Shown piece after piece: positions 1 to 7,781 of a stretch of DNA of 24,000 nucleotides (positions within the stretch are counted from its first letter, which is position 1; each line of letters begins with the position of its first letter). Made by a program: the position numbers and the translations under genes. This DNA comes from Nocardiopsis sp. JB363 (GTDB taxonomy: Bacteria > Actinomycetota > Actinomycetes > Streptosporangiales > Streptosporangiaceae). The stretch covers positions 430 through 24,429 of the forward strand of contig NZ_FRFF01000191.1 of assembly GCF_900143625.1 (NCBI RefSeq). The letters run 5' to 3'. The notes under the pieces were generated by a model. It was not told where the DNA came from. It worked only from the letters and a program-made list of their open reading frames with translations, and made no database searches.

Positions 1-1494
1 GATCGGGCAGCCGCCCAGGAAGTGCGCGGTCATCGGGATGTTGAACGGGTCTCCGAGGGTGCCGCCCGGGTGGCCGTCGATGCGTTCGGCCAGCCGGGTC
101 GCGGCCTCCTGCCCCTGGGGGATCCACGTGGGGTTGGGCTCGCCGTGCCCCTGCGTGGAGGTCAGCTTCTTCCGGCCGCCGAACGGTCCGCGCTTGACCG
201 AGGTGGTCAGCGAGTTGTCCAGGGACTGCATGACCAGGCCGATGATGGTCCGTTCCGACCAGCGCCGGTTGGAGAAGCTGCGGGCGAACACGGCGGGATG
301 GCGCAGGATCAGCCCGACGTAGCGCAGCCAGCGCGGAATCCTCCCGCCGCCCGGCACCTGGATGGTGGTGAGCAGGCCCATCGCGTTGGAGCCCTTGCCG
401 TAGCGGACCGGTTCGATGTGGGTGTTGTCGTTGGGGTGGATGGAGGAGGTGATCGCCACCCCGTGCGTGAGGTCCTCCGGGGGCACCTGCTTGCTCATCG
501 CGCCGACGAGCGCCTCGGAGTTGGTGCGGGTGAGGGTGCCCAGCCTGTCGGACAGGCGTGGCAGCAGCCCGTCGGCACGCATCCGGTGCAGCAGGGTCTG
601 GGTGTTGTAGGTGCCGGCGGCGACCACGACCTGGCGCGCGGTGAACGTGCGGGCGTTCTCCTTGCGCCGGGGCGCGTCGGTGCGCAGGGTGTCGACGGCG
701 AAACCGCCGCCCTGGGACTCGGGGCGTTCGCGCAGCCGCTCGACGGTGGTCAGCGGGTGCACCTCGGCGCCGCCTCGTTCGGCGAAGTACAGGTAGTTCT
801 CGGTGAGCGTGTTCTTGGCGCCGTGTCGGCAACCGGTCATGCACTCACCGCACTCGGTGCAGGCCTTCCGGTCGGGGCCGGCGCCACCGAAGTAGGGGTC
901 GCCCACGGAGTCGCCGGGCGCGGCCGTGTTGCCGGCGCCGTCCTCACCGTCGCCGAAGCACACGCCCACCGGGGTGAGCCGGAAGGTGTCGCCCACCCCC
1001 ATGTCCTCGGCGACCGCCTTCAGGTGGACGTCGGAGGGGGTCATGGAGGGGTTGGTGCGCACACCGAGCATGCGTCGGGCCTGGTCGTAGAAGGGCGCCA
1101 GCTCCGACTTCCAGTCGGTGATGTGCCGCCATTGCGGGTCCTCGAAGAAGGGGTCCATCGGGTGGTAGAGGGTGTTCGCGTAGTTGAGCGAGCCCCCGCC
1201 CACGCCGGCCCCGGCGAGGATCATCACGTCCTTGAGCAGGTGGATGCGCTGGATCCCGTACATGCCGGCCTGCGGGGCCCAGAGGAAGTTCTTCACGTCC
1301 CAGGACGAGGACGGCAGGGTCTCGGGGGTGAAGCGTCGGCCCGCCTCCAGGACGCCGACTCGGTAACCCTTCTCGGCGAGGCGGAGTGCGCTCACCGATC
1401 CACCGAAGCCGGAGCCGATCACGACCACGTCGTAGTCGAAACGGTCGTCCGTTTCCTCGGGTGCGGCGGTGTCTGGTGCGCTCTGAGGGGACAT
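1..1494 (-). CDS. GMC-family FAD oxidoreductase, cholesterol-oxidase (ChoD)-like; 3' end lies beyond the window
   Basis: Absent from the ORF track because it runs off the left edge. My reverse-strand translation starts at ATG 1494..1492: MSPQSAPDTAAPEETDDRFDYDVVVIGSGFGGSVSALRLAEKGYRVGVLEAGRRF, a GxGxxG Rossmann fold. It continues through KACTECGECMTGCRHGAKNTL to HFLGGCPI at base 1. The frame is strongly GC3-rich. Track ORF 22..1566(+) is its antisense shadow. Confidence 0.85.
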   Translation of the reverse strand, partial: MSPQSAPDTAAPEETDDRFDYDVVVIGSGFGGSVSALRLAEKGYRVGVLEAGRRFTPETLPSSSWDVKNFLWAPQAGMYGIQRIHLLKDVMILAGAGVGGGSLNYANTLYHPMDPFFEDPQWRHITDWKSELAPFYDQARRMLGVRTNPSMTPSDVHLKAVAEDMGVGDTFRLTPVGVCFGDGEDGAGNTAAPGDSVGDPYFGGAGPDRKACTECGECMTGCRHGAKNTLTENYLYFAERGGAEVHPLTTVERLRERPESQGGGFAVDTLRTDAPRRKENARTFTARQVVVAAGTYNTQTLLHRMRADGLLPRLSDRLGTLTRTNSEALVGAMSKQVPPEDLTHGVAITSSIHPNDNTHIEPVRYGKGSNAMGLLTTIQVPGGGRIPRWLRYVGLILRHPAVFARSFSNRRWSERTIIGLVMQSLDNSLTTSVKRGPFGGRKKLTSTQGHGEPNPTWIPQGQEAATRLAERIDGHPGGTLGDPFNIPMTAHFLGGCPI

Positions 1495-1586
1495 GGTTCT
1501 GGCCTCTTCTTCCCAGTTCAGGCGGCGGTTGTCCGTAATGAGCCGGATACGAGTCCGCAACGATGATGGCGCCATCTAGAAATGTG

Positions 1587-1600
1587 ACAATACATATTGT
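1587..1600. promoter_or_regulatory. Palindrome ACAATA-CA-TATTGT in an AT-rich patch of a divergent promoter region
   Basis: Read directly from the sequence. It lies in the 224-bp gap between the divergent oxidoreductase and DUF6230 genes, within the AT-richest stretch I noticed outside the low-GC islet at 23065..23810 (ctagaaatgtgacaatacatattgtaatgttcatc). Confidence 0.35.
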
Positions 1601-1626
1601 AATGTTCATCACTACCGCCGAGTAGG

Positions 1627-1646
1627 GTGTGTTCCATGTAACACAC
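1627..1646. promoter_or_regulatory. Inverted repeat GTGTGTT-N6-AACACAC, possible operator or 5'-UTR hairpin
   Basis: Read directly. It sits about 70 nt upstream of the DUF6230 start codon and is followed by CACGTG. Confidence 0.3.
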
Positions 1647-1718
1647 GTGGCGTGCGTCGGCGCAAGTCTCCTTCCCCCCTCGTCGTCTCCCCGGCGACGG
1701 AATCCTCTGGAGGTACAC

Positions 1719-2366
1719 ATGCCCAAGGCACCCGAGGAGGCGCCCGAGGCGTCCCAGGACTCGCCTGAGCAGCACGAAGGCAACGGTGGGACCCGCTGGC
1801 GCAGGTTCGCCCTGCTCGCGGTCCCCGGTTTCATCGCCGCCGCGGTCCTCGGCGGTATGACCACCCAGGGCGTGCTCGCGGCCTCCTTCGCGGTCTCCGG
1901 CGACAGCTTCAAGATGTCCGCCGACAACTTCAGCGGCAGCGGCTTCAGCCAGTACGGCGACGTCGCCGACTCGGTCGACGGCTCGGCCCGACCGGTCGGC
2001 CTGTCCAGCGTGAACACCGTGGAATTGCAGAACCTGTGCATGTCCTCCCTGTGGGACCTGCCCATCGGTGAGGCCACCCTGGTCATCACCGCGGGTGAGG
2101 AGAGCCCGGTCGAGGGCACCTCGATGGTCATCGACATCGAACAACTCCAGGGTGACGCGGAGTTCGGTGAGATCGAGATCGGCCGTGACGCCAGCACCCT
2201 CGACAAGGCCGATAACGGCCAAGGTCCCGAAGGTGGTTTCGGCCTGCAAGCCGACTCCATCTCGGTCGACGAGATGGAACTGACCTCCTGGGCGGTCACC
2301 TCCGGCTCGCTGCGTCTGAGCGGGCTGGGGCTGGCCATCAAGCCCGGTAACCACGAGTGCTTCTGA
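1719..2366 (+). CDS. DUF6230-family protein (legacy label 'cholesterol esterase' in some Streptomyces annotations); N-terminal signal-anchor
   Basis: ATG at 1719 is preceded by CTGGAGG at 1707..1713. The track ORF starts at 1629, but that extension lacks an RBS. Translation: MPKAPEE...GTRWRRFALLAVPGFIAAAVLGG (a TM or signal segment), then ASFAVSGDSFKMSADNFSGSGFSQYGD...NLC...SWAVTSGSLRLSGLGLAIKPGNHECF. This matches the family pattern as I remember it. GC3-rich. Confidence 0.7.
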   Translation: MPKAPEEAPEASQDSPEQHEGNGGTRWRRFALLAVPGFIAAAVLGGMTTQGVLAASFAVSGDSFKMSADNFSGSGFSQYGDVADSVDGSARPVGLSSVNTVELQNLCMSSLWDLPIGEATLVITAGEESPVEGTSMVIDIEQLQGDAEFGEIEIGRDASTLDKADNGQGPEGGFGLQADSISVDEMELTSWAVTSGSLRLSGLGLAIKPGNHECF

Positions 2367-2370
2367 TCCC

Positions 2371-3705
2371 ATGACCCAAGCGATGACCCTGATCCGCGCG
2401 GGATGGGGACGGTTCCGGACCTGGCGGCGTACTCGGCCGTTCTGGGGCGGGTTCCTCCTCGCCGCTGCCGGAATCGAGCTTCTGGTCGCCCCCGCCGCCC
2501 AGAGCCTGATCCTGCCCATGGACCTGCTCGTCTTCTCCGGAATGGCCGGTGTCTCCGGCAACCTCATCGGCGGTCTGCTGATCGTGATCGGTGTGCTGAG
2601 CTGGTTGCAACCGGCCCAGCACACCTTCTTCGGTGTGGTCGGGCTGATGCTCGCGCTGGTGTCCTTCGTGACCTCCAACTTCGGTGGCTTCGTCATCGGC
2701 ATGCTGCTCGGTATCGTCGGCGGGTCACTCGTGTTCGGCTGGGGCCCCGAGGCCCGAAGCCGCTCGCGTGGGCGGCGCCGGGCCAAGACGGCGGAAGCCC
2801 CCGACGAAGCCGAGGACGACGCCCCCGCCGCTTCCGAGGGCGAGACCATCCGTACCGATGACCCGGGCGGCGGCACCCGGCCCTTGGCCACGATCGCGCT
2901 GCCGCTGGCCGTGGCCGTCGCCATCGCCTCGGCCCCCGTCTCCGCCCCGGGGTGGCCCTGGGACTGGCTGACGCCCGGAGACGACGAACAGGCCGAGGAA
3001 CAGCCGGAGGAGGACCCCTCCGAGAGCCCGTCGGAGGAGCCCGGGACACCTCCCGAGGAGACCGAGCCCGGCGCGGACGAGGGCACGGAGGAGGACCCCG
3101 AGGACGAGAGCGAGGAGGGCGAGGAGGACGAGGAAGAGGTCGACGACGAGGATCCCGACCCCGCCGCGTGTGAGCTCGCCTTGGGCGACAGCGCCGTCGT
3201 CGAGGACGAGCAGGAGCTTCTCGACATGGTCCTGGACTGCCAGGCCGCGCAGGACGAGGGCGAGTACCCCGAGGTCATGGTCGACTCCGACTACGACTGC
3301 TTCCGTGGTTCCACCCGCGAGTCCGGCCTGACCGCGGACACCCTCACCATGTACGGCGCGAGTTACGACGGAGTGGTGGAGTGCCCGACCGCGGACGGTC
3401 CACGGCGCTACCTCCGGCTCACGATGAGCCGATCCAGCATGAGCGGTGGCGAACTCTGGTTCGACGACGCCGGCAGTCGCCGGTCACTGGGTCTGCCCAC
3501 GATGGACATGGAGGGCGACGTCGAACTCCACGTCACCAGCATGCACGTGCGGCTCCTGGGGATCCCGCTGACCTTCACCCCGGATTTCCCGCCGCCGCTG
3601 CTGTTGCCGATCATGTACGTCACGGACGTGGACGTCGGTGAACCGTTGGCCTCCACGGACCGAATGATCATCCCCGGCCTCGACGGCCGCTTCGCCGAGG
3701 AGTAG
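2371..3705 (+). CDS. DUF6114-like polytopic membrane protein, extended by a polyacidic linker and a Cys-containing C-terminal domain
   Basis: It starts 4 nt after the upstream stop, so it is probably co-translated. The N-terminal part has WRRTRPFWGGFLLAAAGIELL and LVSFVTSNFGGFVIGMLLGIVGGSLVFGW, with about 4 TM segments. Roughly residues 200-265 are D/E/P-rich (EEQPEEDPSESPSEEPGTPPEETEPGADEGTEEDPEDESEEGEEDEEEVDDEDPDP). A globular tail of about 175 aa with 4 Cys follows. Confidence 0.75.
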   Translation: MTQAMTLIRAGWGRFRTWRRTRPFWGGFLLAAAGIELLVAPAAQSLILPMDLLVFSGMAGVSGNLIGGLLIVIGVLSWLQPAQHTFFGVVGLMLALVSFVTSNFGGFVIGMLLGIVGGSLVFGWGPEARSRSRGRRRAKTAEAPDEAEDDAPAASEGETIRTDDPGGGTRPLATIALPLAVAVAIASAPVSAPGWPWDWLTPGDDEQAEEQPEEDPSESPSEEPGTPPEETEPGADEGTEEDPEDESEEGEEDEEEVDDEDPDPAACELALGDSAVVEDEQELLDMVLDCQAAQDEGEYPEVMVDSDYDCFRGSTRESGLTADTLTMYGASYDGVVECPTADGPRRYLRLTMSRSSMSGGELWFDDAGSRRSLGLPTMDMEGDVELHVTSMHVRLLGIPLTFTPDFPPPLLLPIMYVTDVDVGEPLASTDRMIIPGLDGRFAEE

Positions 3706-3729
3706 CGACGAACACCCGAATACCGGGCG

Positions 3730-3759
3730 GGGCCGGGACGTCGATCGACGTCCCGGCCC
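3730..3759. terminator. Perfect 30-nt palindrome, a likely bidirectional terminator between convergent genes
   Basis: GGGCCGGGACGTCGA|TCGACGTCCCGGCCC, read directly. It lies between the stop at 3705 (+) and the stop at 3781 (-). Confidence 0.6.
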
Positions 3760-3780
3760 TCTCATGTGCGCCCGCTTCGG

Positions 3781-5610
3781 TCAGCGGCTGTCGGCGATGA
3801 GCCTGCTGGGGCGGCCCACGTGCGACACGTACAGTGCGTCCCGTGCCCGGGTGCAGGCCACGAACAGCAGCGTCCGCTCCTGCTGGATCGCGTGTTCCAA
3901 GGCGACCTGGTCACCGTCGGCCGCCTCGATCGCGGCCTTGGGCGGCAGCAGGTGGTCGCTCACGCCGACCAGGGCGACACACCGGAACTCCTGTCCCTTC
4001 AACCGGTGCATCGTGCCCACCCGGACCGCGCCCGCCGCGCCCACCTCCTCCAGCGGCGTGGTGGCGATCCCGCGCGCCTCCAGCTCCTTGGCGACTCCGC
4101 GCGCCACCCACTGGTTGCGTCCGGCCACCGCGATCTCGGCCGGGTTCACCCCGGCCTCCAGCCACACCCGAACCCAGTCGCCCAGGGCGTGGAGTTCCTC
4201 GGTGCGGTTGTCACAGCCGCGGACCACCGGGGCGGGGCCGCGCAGCAGCGAACGGTAGCCCGCGAGGGTGTCGGCGTCGTCGTCCATGCCCAGAGCGGCC
4301 CCGCGGTCCAGGATCGGCATGCTCCAGTCGAGGATCTCCTGCGTCACCCGGTAGCTGACCCGCAGCCGGTGACCGCGGCCGCGCACGTTGATGCCCAGCG
4401 AGGCCAGCGATACCCGGTTGTCGGACACCCGCTGGTGCGGGTCACCGACGATGAACAGGTCGTTCGGCCCCTCGGGGACCGCGGCGCGCAGCATCTTCCA
4501 CTGAGCCGGGTGCAGGTCCTGGGACTCGTCGACCACCGCGTGCCGGAACAGCGGACCCGAACGCGTGAGCAGTCGGGCGGCCTCGGCGGCCAGCTGCGGG
4601 TAGGACCACAGCCCCTCCACCCGCATCGCGCCCACGTAGCGTCGGACGGTCTCCCAGACCTGACGTCGGTGCTCGGGAGCCAGATGCTGGACGCGGCCGC
4701 TGCGCTCGCAACGGATGTAGTCGGGCAGCCGCTCCAGGCCCTTGGCCAGGATGACCTGTTCCCATTCGTCCACCAGGAAGCGCCCTGAGAAGGGCAGCCC
4801 GTCGGCGAGGGCGACCGCTCGCCACCGCTGGGCGAGTTCGTCCTTGCCGATCATCCGCGGCGCGACGCTGCTGTGGGTCTGCGCCACGGAACGGGCCAGA
4901 CTGTCGATGGTGACCACCCGCACACGGGACCTGGTGTCGGGGTCGGGCAGCAGACGGTCCAGGCGGTCGGCCAGGGACTGGGCCAGCGCGCGGTTGAAGG
5001 TGGTGAGCAGTACCGACTCGCCGCCGGACTCGGGGCGGGCCGCGGCGTCCAGTTCGGCCAGGTGCGCGGCACGGTAGAGCGCCATCACGGTCTTGCCGGT
5101 GCCGGGTCCCCCTGTGACCTGCACGGATCCGTTGAAGTGCGCTCCGGTGACCCGGTGCTGGTCCGGGTGCAGGGTGATCTGCCACTGATGGAAGGGCGCG
5201 TTGAGGGCGCCGGACAGTTCGGGTGGGCCGACGGGGGTGAGGTCGACGGTGCCGAGCCCGAGTTCGACGGGAGCGTCGGTCAGGGTCCGCGGACGCAGGT
5301 TCTGGGCGAAGCGCAGCGCCTCGGCGCGTGGGCGCACGGTGAGCAGCCGGTAGTGCGGGTCATCGGTGTCCCGTTCCGTCGGCTCGTCCTCGGCGGACTC
5401 CGTGTGCGGGTCGGGGGCGATGACGCCGGTCCAGTCGGGGGCGATGGAGACGACCCGGACACGAGGGTCGGCGGCGCCCGCGACGGACTCCAGGTCGGTG
5501 GGCTCTCCGGCCTGGTAGGCGCGCATCACGGCCAGGGTGCCGAGCTGGACGTCGGGCGCGAGGTGGTTGAAGTCGCTGAGAAACGTCGGGGCGATCGCAA
5601 GGGCGGACAC
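3781..5610 (-). CDS. Superfamily-1 (UvrD/Rep-like) DNA helicase with an additional N-terminal domain of about 180 aa
   Basis: Helicase motifs: Walker A VTGGPGTGKT, motif II VVDESQDL, motif III IVGDPHQR, motif V GTMHRLKGQEFRCV and motif VI LLFVACTRARDALYV. I prefer the GTG start at 5610..5608, preceded by GGAGGAG 8 nt upstream. The track start at 5724 adds 38 low-complexity residues with no RBS. Confidence 0.85.
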   Translation of the reverse strand: MSALAIAPTFLSDFNHLAPDVQLGTLAVMRAYQAGEPTDLESVAGAADPRVRVVSIAPDWTGVIAPDPHTESAEDEPTERDTDDPHYRLLTVRPRAEALRFAQNLRPRTLTDAPVELGLGTVDLTPVGPPELSGALNAPFHQWQITLHPDQHRVTGAHFNGSVQVTGGPGTGKTVMALYRAAHLAELDAAARPESGGESVLLTTFNRALAQSLADRLDRLLPDPDTRSRVRVVTIDSLARSVAQTHSSVAPRMIGKDELAQRWRAVALADGLPFSGRFLVDEWEQVILAKGLERLPDYIRCERSGRVQHLAPEHRRQVWETVRRYVGAMRVEGLWSYPQLAAEAARLLTRSGPLFRHAVVDESQDLHPAQWKMLRAAVPEGPNDLFIVGDPHQRVSDNRVSLASLGINVRGRGHRLRVSYRVTQEILDWSMPILDRGAALGMDDDADTLAGYRSLLRGPAPVVRGCDNRTEELHALGDWVRVWLEAGVNPAEIAVAGRNQWVARGVAKELEARGIATTPLEEVGAAGAVRVGTMHRLKGQEFRCVALVGVSDHLLPPKAAIEAADGDQVALEHAIQQERTLLFVACTRARDALYVSHVGRPSRLIADSR

Positions 5611-6168
5611 GTCGTGGTCTCCTCCGGTCTTCGACCTGGTGGTGGTTCTGCTGATCGGTCGGATCGGATGGGTCTCTCGCGAAGGGAAGCCGGTCCGGCG
5701 ACCGTTCGCGTTCACTTGAAACATGCTCGCTGCGGAATTTGGGCAAACGCCGCCGGGAGGGCGAAGAACGGCAGATTTCGGGAACCCTGAGGATTCAGTG
5801 TCTTCGCAGCTCCAGGCATGGCTTGCGAAGGGGTGTTCGAAGGCGATCGGAAGGTTTTTCGCACCCTCCTGGTGGCGCCTCCGTGACCTGCGGTTCCTTG
5901 GGCAGCGCCTGTGTCCGAAACCCGATTAAAGTGCTATCCGAAACCGGCGATTCGGGCCATGGCGACCCCTCTCGCTTGGTCACACCGGGGAGCGAGGGGA
6001 GGTGCCGAATCGGAGTGGGTGGAGTGACCGAAATCCGGAAAGGCGTCCGAGTGGAGGACACCCGGAGAACGTGAGGTGTCGCCCCGGCTTGCTCACTGTC
6101 TGGCCGGTTGCGGACACGCTCTGTGCAGGAGGGGGTGCCTTGCGGGATCGTGGAAGTACCCGGGGAGG

Positions 6169-6184
6169 GAATCACGCGTGATTC
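6169..6184. promoter_or_regulatory. Perfect 16-bp palindrome GAATCACGCGTGATTC
   Basis: Read directly. It is inside the long non-coding region and directly abuts the hairpin at 6185..6223. Confidence 0.35.
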
Positions 6185-6223
6185 AGGACTCTGCCGGGGT
6201 CCGTCCTACCCCGGCAGAGTCCT
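6185..6223. other. Perfect 15-bp stem / 9-nt loop hairpin; terminator-like or part of a structured RNA
   Basis: AGGACTCTGCCGGGG-tccgtccta-CCCCGGCAGAGTCCT, read directly. No U-tract follows on either strand. Confidence 0.4.
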
Positions 6224-6375
6224 CAACCACACTAGAGAAGCAGTACCCGGCTCCCCTCCGGCCCAAAGCGCGGCGGGGCGTCTTCCTCGACCACCACGTC
6301 CGCCGAACCGCCACGGACGCTCCACATGCTCTAACGTGGGTCTGACAAAACAGGCAGAAGGAGCGGTAGGAGCAC

Positions 6376-7005
6376 GTGGCCCCCGAAGACATGAGTCGAA
6401 TGCGCATCTCCGACGCCGAACGCGACCAGGTCGCGGAGATCCTGCGGGAAGCCGCAGGGGAAGGGCGTCTTGACCTGGCGGAGGTGGACGAGCGCCTCAA
6501 CGCGGTCTACGGCGCCAAGACCTACGCCGACCTCGAACCCATCGTCGCCGACCTGCCCGCCGGCGCGGGAGGGCTCTCCGCCCCGGCTCCGACGACGGGC
6601 GCGATCGCCCCACAGAACGTCCCGGCCGGCCCCGCCGGCCAACCCCTGAAGCTCAAGGCCAAGGGGGACTCCGTGGTCCGCAAGGGCGACTGGACCGTGC
6701 CGTACCGCGTGGAGGTCGACGCCCGCTTCGGCTCCACCAAGCTCGACTTCCGCGAGGCCCGCATCACCACCCCCGTGGTGGAGGTGTGGGTGGAGACCTC
6801 TTGGGGCAGCGCCGACATCATCCTGCCCGAGGGCGCCACCGCAGAGGTCGACGTCGACGCCTCCTGGTTCGGCAGCCTGCGCTCGGACGTCGACTCGATC
6901 CGCCGGAGCGACGTCACCCACTTCGTCATCACCGGCGCCTCCCAGGGCGGCAGCCTGCGCGTGCGGCACAAGCGGTCCGGGAGCTGGACCGACTTCCTGA
7001 CCTGA
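6376..7005 (+). CDS. DUF1707 (SHOCT-like) protein with a LiaF/DUF2154-like C-terminal domain
   Basis: The N-terminus MRISDAERDQVAEILREAAGEGRLDLAEVDERLNAVYGAKTYADLEPIVADLP is the classic DUF1707 motif. The C-terminal part is beta-rich (VEVDARFGSTKLDFREA...AEVDVDASWFGSL). The start is ambiguous: GTG 6376 (GAAGGAG upstream) or ATG 6391. Confidence 0.8.
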   Translation: MAPEDMSRMRISDAERDQVAEILREAAGEGRLDLAEVDERLNAVYGAKTYADLEPIVADLPAGAGGLSAPAPTTGAIAPQNVPAGPAGQPLKLKAKGDSVVRKGDWTVPYRVEVDARFGSTKLDFREARITTPVVEVWVETSWGSADIILPEGATAEVDVDASWFGSLRSDVDSIRRSDVTHFVITGASQGGSLRVRHKRSGSWTDFLT

Positions 7006-7075
7006 GGGCCGCGGCCGTACGCCATGATGGTGGGGCACACGGCACGGGCCGTGTCGACATCGGAAGGCGGCGACC

Positions 7076-7693
7076 GTGCTCATGTGGATCGGGACGATCG
7101 TGGTCGGCGTCCTCGCCCTCGCTCTGGTTCCGTTCGTCTGGACACGCCTGGCCGGAGCCGGACGTCGTCCCGGCCTCGCCCGTGTCCCGCACCGCCCCGT
7201 CGCCGTGGTCCTGGGCGCCGCCGCGTGGCCGGAGGGGCCCTCACCGCTGCTCGCCCGGCGCTTGGACCTGGCCGTCGACCTGATCCGTGAGGGCAAGGTC
7301 GACGGTGTCCTGGTCTCCGGGGACAACCGCGACGTGTCCCGGCGCGAGACCGACACCATGACCCGCTACCTCGTCGAACACGGGGTTCCCGCCGATCGGA
7401 TCGAGGCCGACCCCCACGGCTACCGGACCTGGGACACCTGCGTCAGGGTCAAGGAGTACTACGGGGTGGACGCCGCCACCATGGTCACCCAGTCCTTCCA
7501 TCTGCCCCGCACCATCGCGCTCGCCCGCGCCGCCGGCATCGACGCGGTGGGGGTGGGCGATTCCAGCCTGGGCGCCCGCCGACGCTCCACCGTCATCGGC
7601 TACCTGCGCGAGGTCCCCGCAGCCGCCAAGGCGCTCAAGGACGCCGTGCTGCGCCCCGCGCCGGCCATGCTCGGCCGCCCCGACCCGCACTGA
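7076..7693 (+). CDS. SanA/YdcF-family (DUF218) membrane-anchored protein, paralogue 1
   Basis: An N-terminal TM segment (IGTIVVGVLALALVPFVW) is followed by PVAVVLGAAAW...VLVSGDNRDVSRRETDTMTRYLVEHGVPADRI...GYRTWDTCVR...AAGIDAVGVGD, which are DUF218 hallmarks. GTG 7076 has GGAAGG 8 nt upstream. Confidence 0.85.
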   Translation: MLMWIGTIVVGVLALALVPFVWTRLAGAGRRPGLARVPHRPVAVVLGAAAWPEGPSPLLARRLDLAVDLIREGKVDGVLVSGDNRDVSRRETDTMTRYLVEHGVPADRIEADPHGYRTWDTCVRVKEYYGVDAATMVTQSFHLPRTIALARAAGIDAVGVGDSSLGARRRSTVIGYLREVPAAAKALKDAVLRPAPAMLGRPDPH

Positions 7694-7694
7694 A

Positions 7695-7716
7695 GCCTGT
7701 CTTTTCGGGCCTCCGC
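7695..7716. repeat. Left copy of an inverted 21-22 nt element (GCCTGTCTTTTCGGGCCTCCGC)
   Basis: It begins 2 nt after the stop codon of SanA paralogue 1. The reverse complement of 9239..9259 differs from it by a single-base indel. Confidence 0.7.
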
Positions 7717-7781
7717 CGGCGCTTCGGCCCGTGTGGAACGAGCCGGCCCGTAGCCCTTTCCCGAGACGGGATAATCAGGGC

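Noticed and set aside
22-1566. 514-aa plus-strand ORF in the track, and overlapping track ORFs such as 944..2341(-) and 1518..3278(-)
   Set aside because: These are Arg/Gly/Ala/Pro-rich nonsense translations lying antisense or out of frame to clearly recognisable genes (the GMC oxidoreductase and the DUF6230/DUF6114 pair). They are typical long shadow ORFs of high-GC DNA, where stop codons are rare.
5725-6375. Possible identity of the long non-coding region with a known RNA: c-di-AMP ydaO riboswitch, RNase P RNA, tmRNA, SRP RNA or cobalamin riboswitch
   Set aside because: As I remember the signatures, none is present. These are the ydaO 3' core CAGCUAACCUCGUAAGCG, RNase P GAGGAAAGUCCGGGC, the tmRNA 5' GGGGCUGA with its tag ORF, the SRP GGAA/AGCAGC loop and the B12 box. 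I therefore left the region as unassigned structured non-coding DNA.
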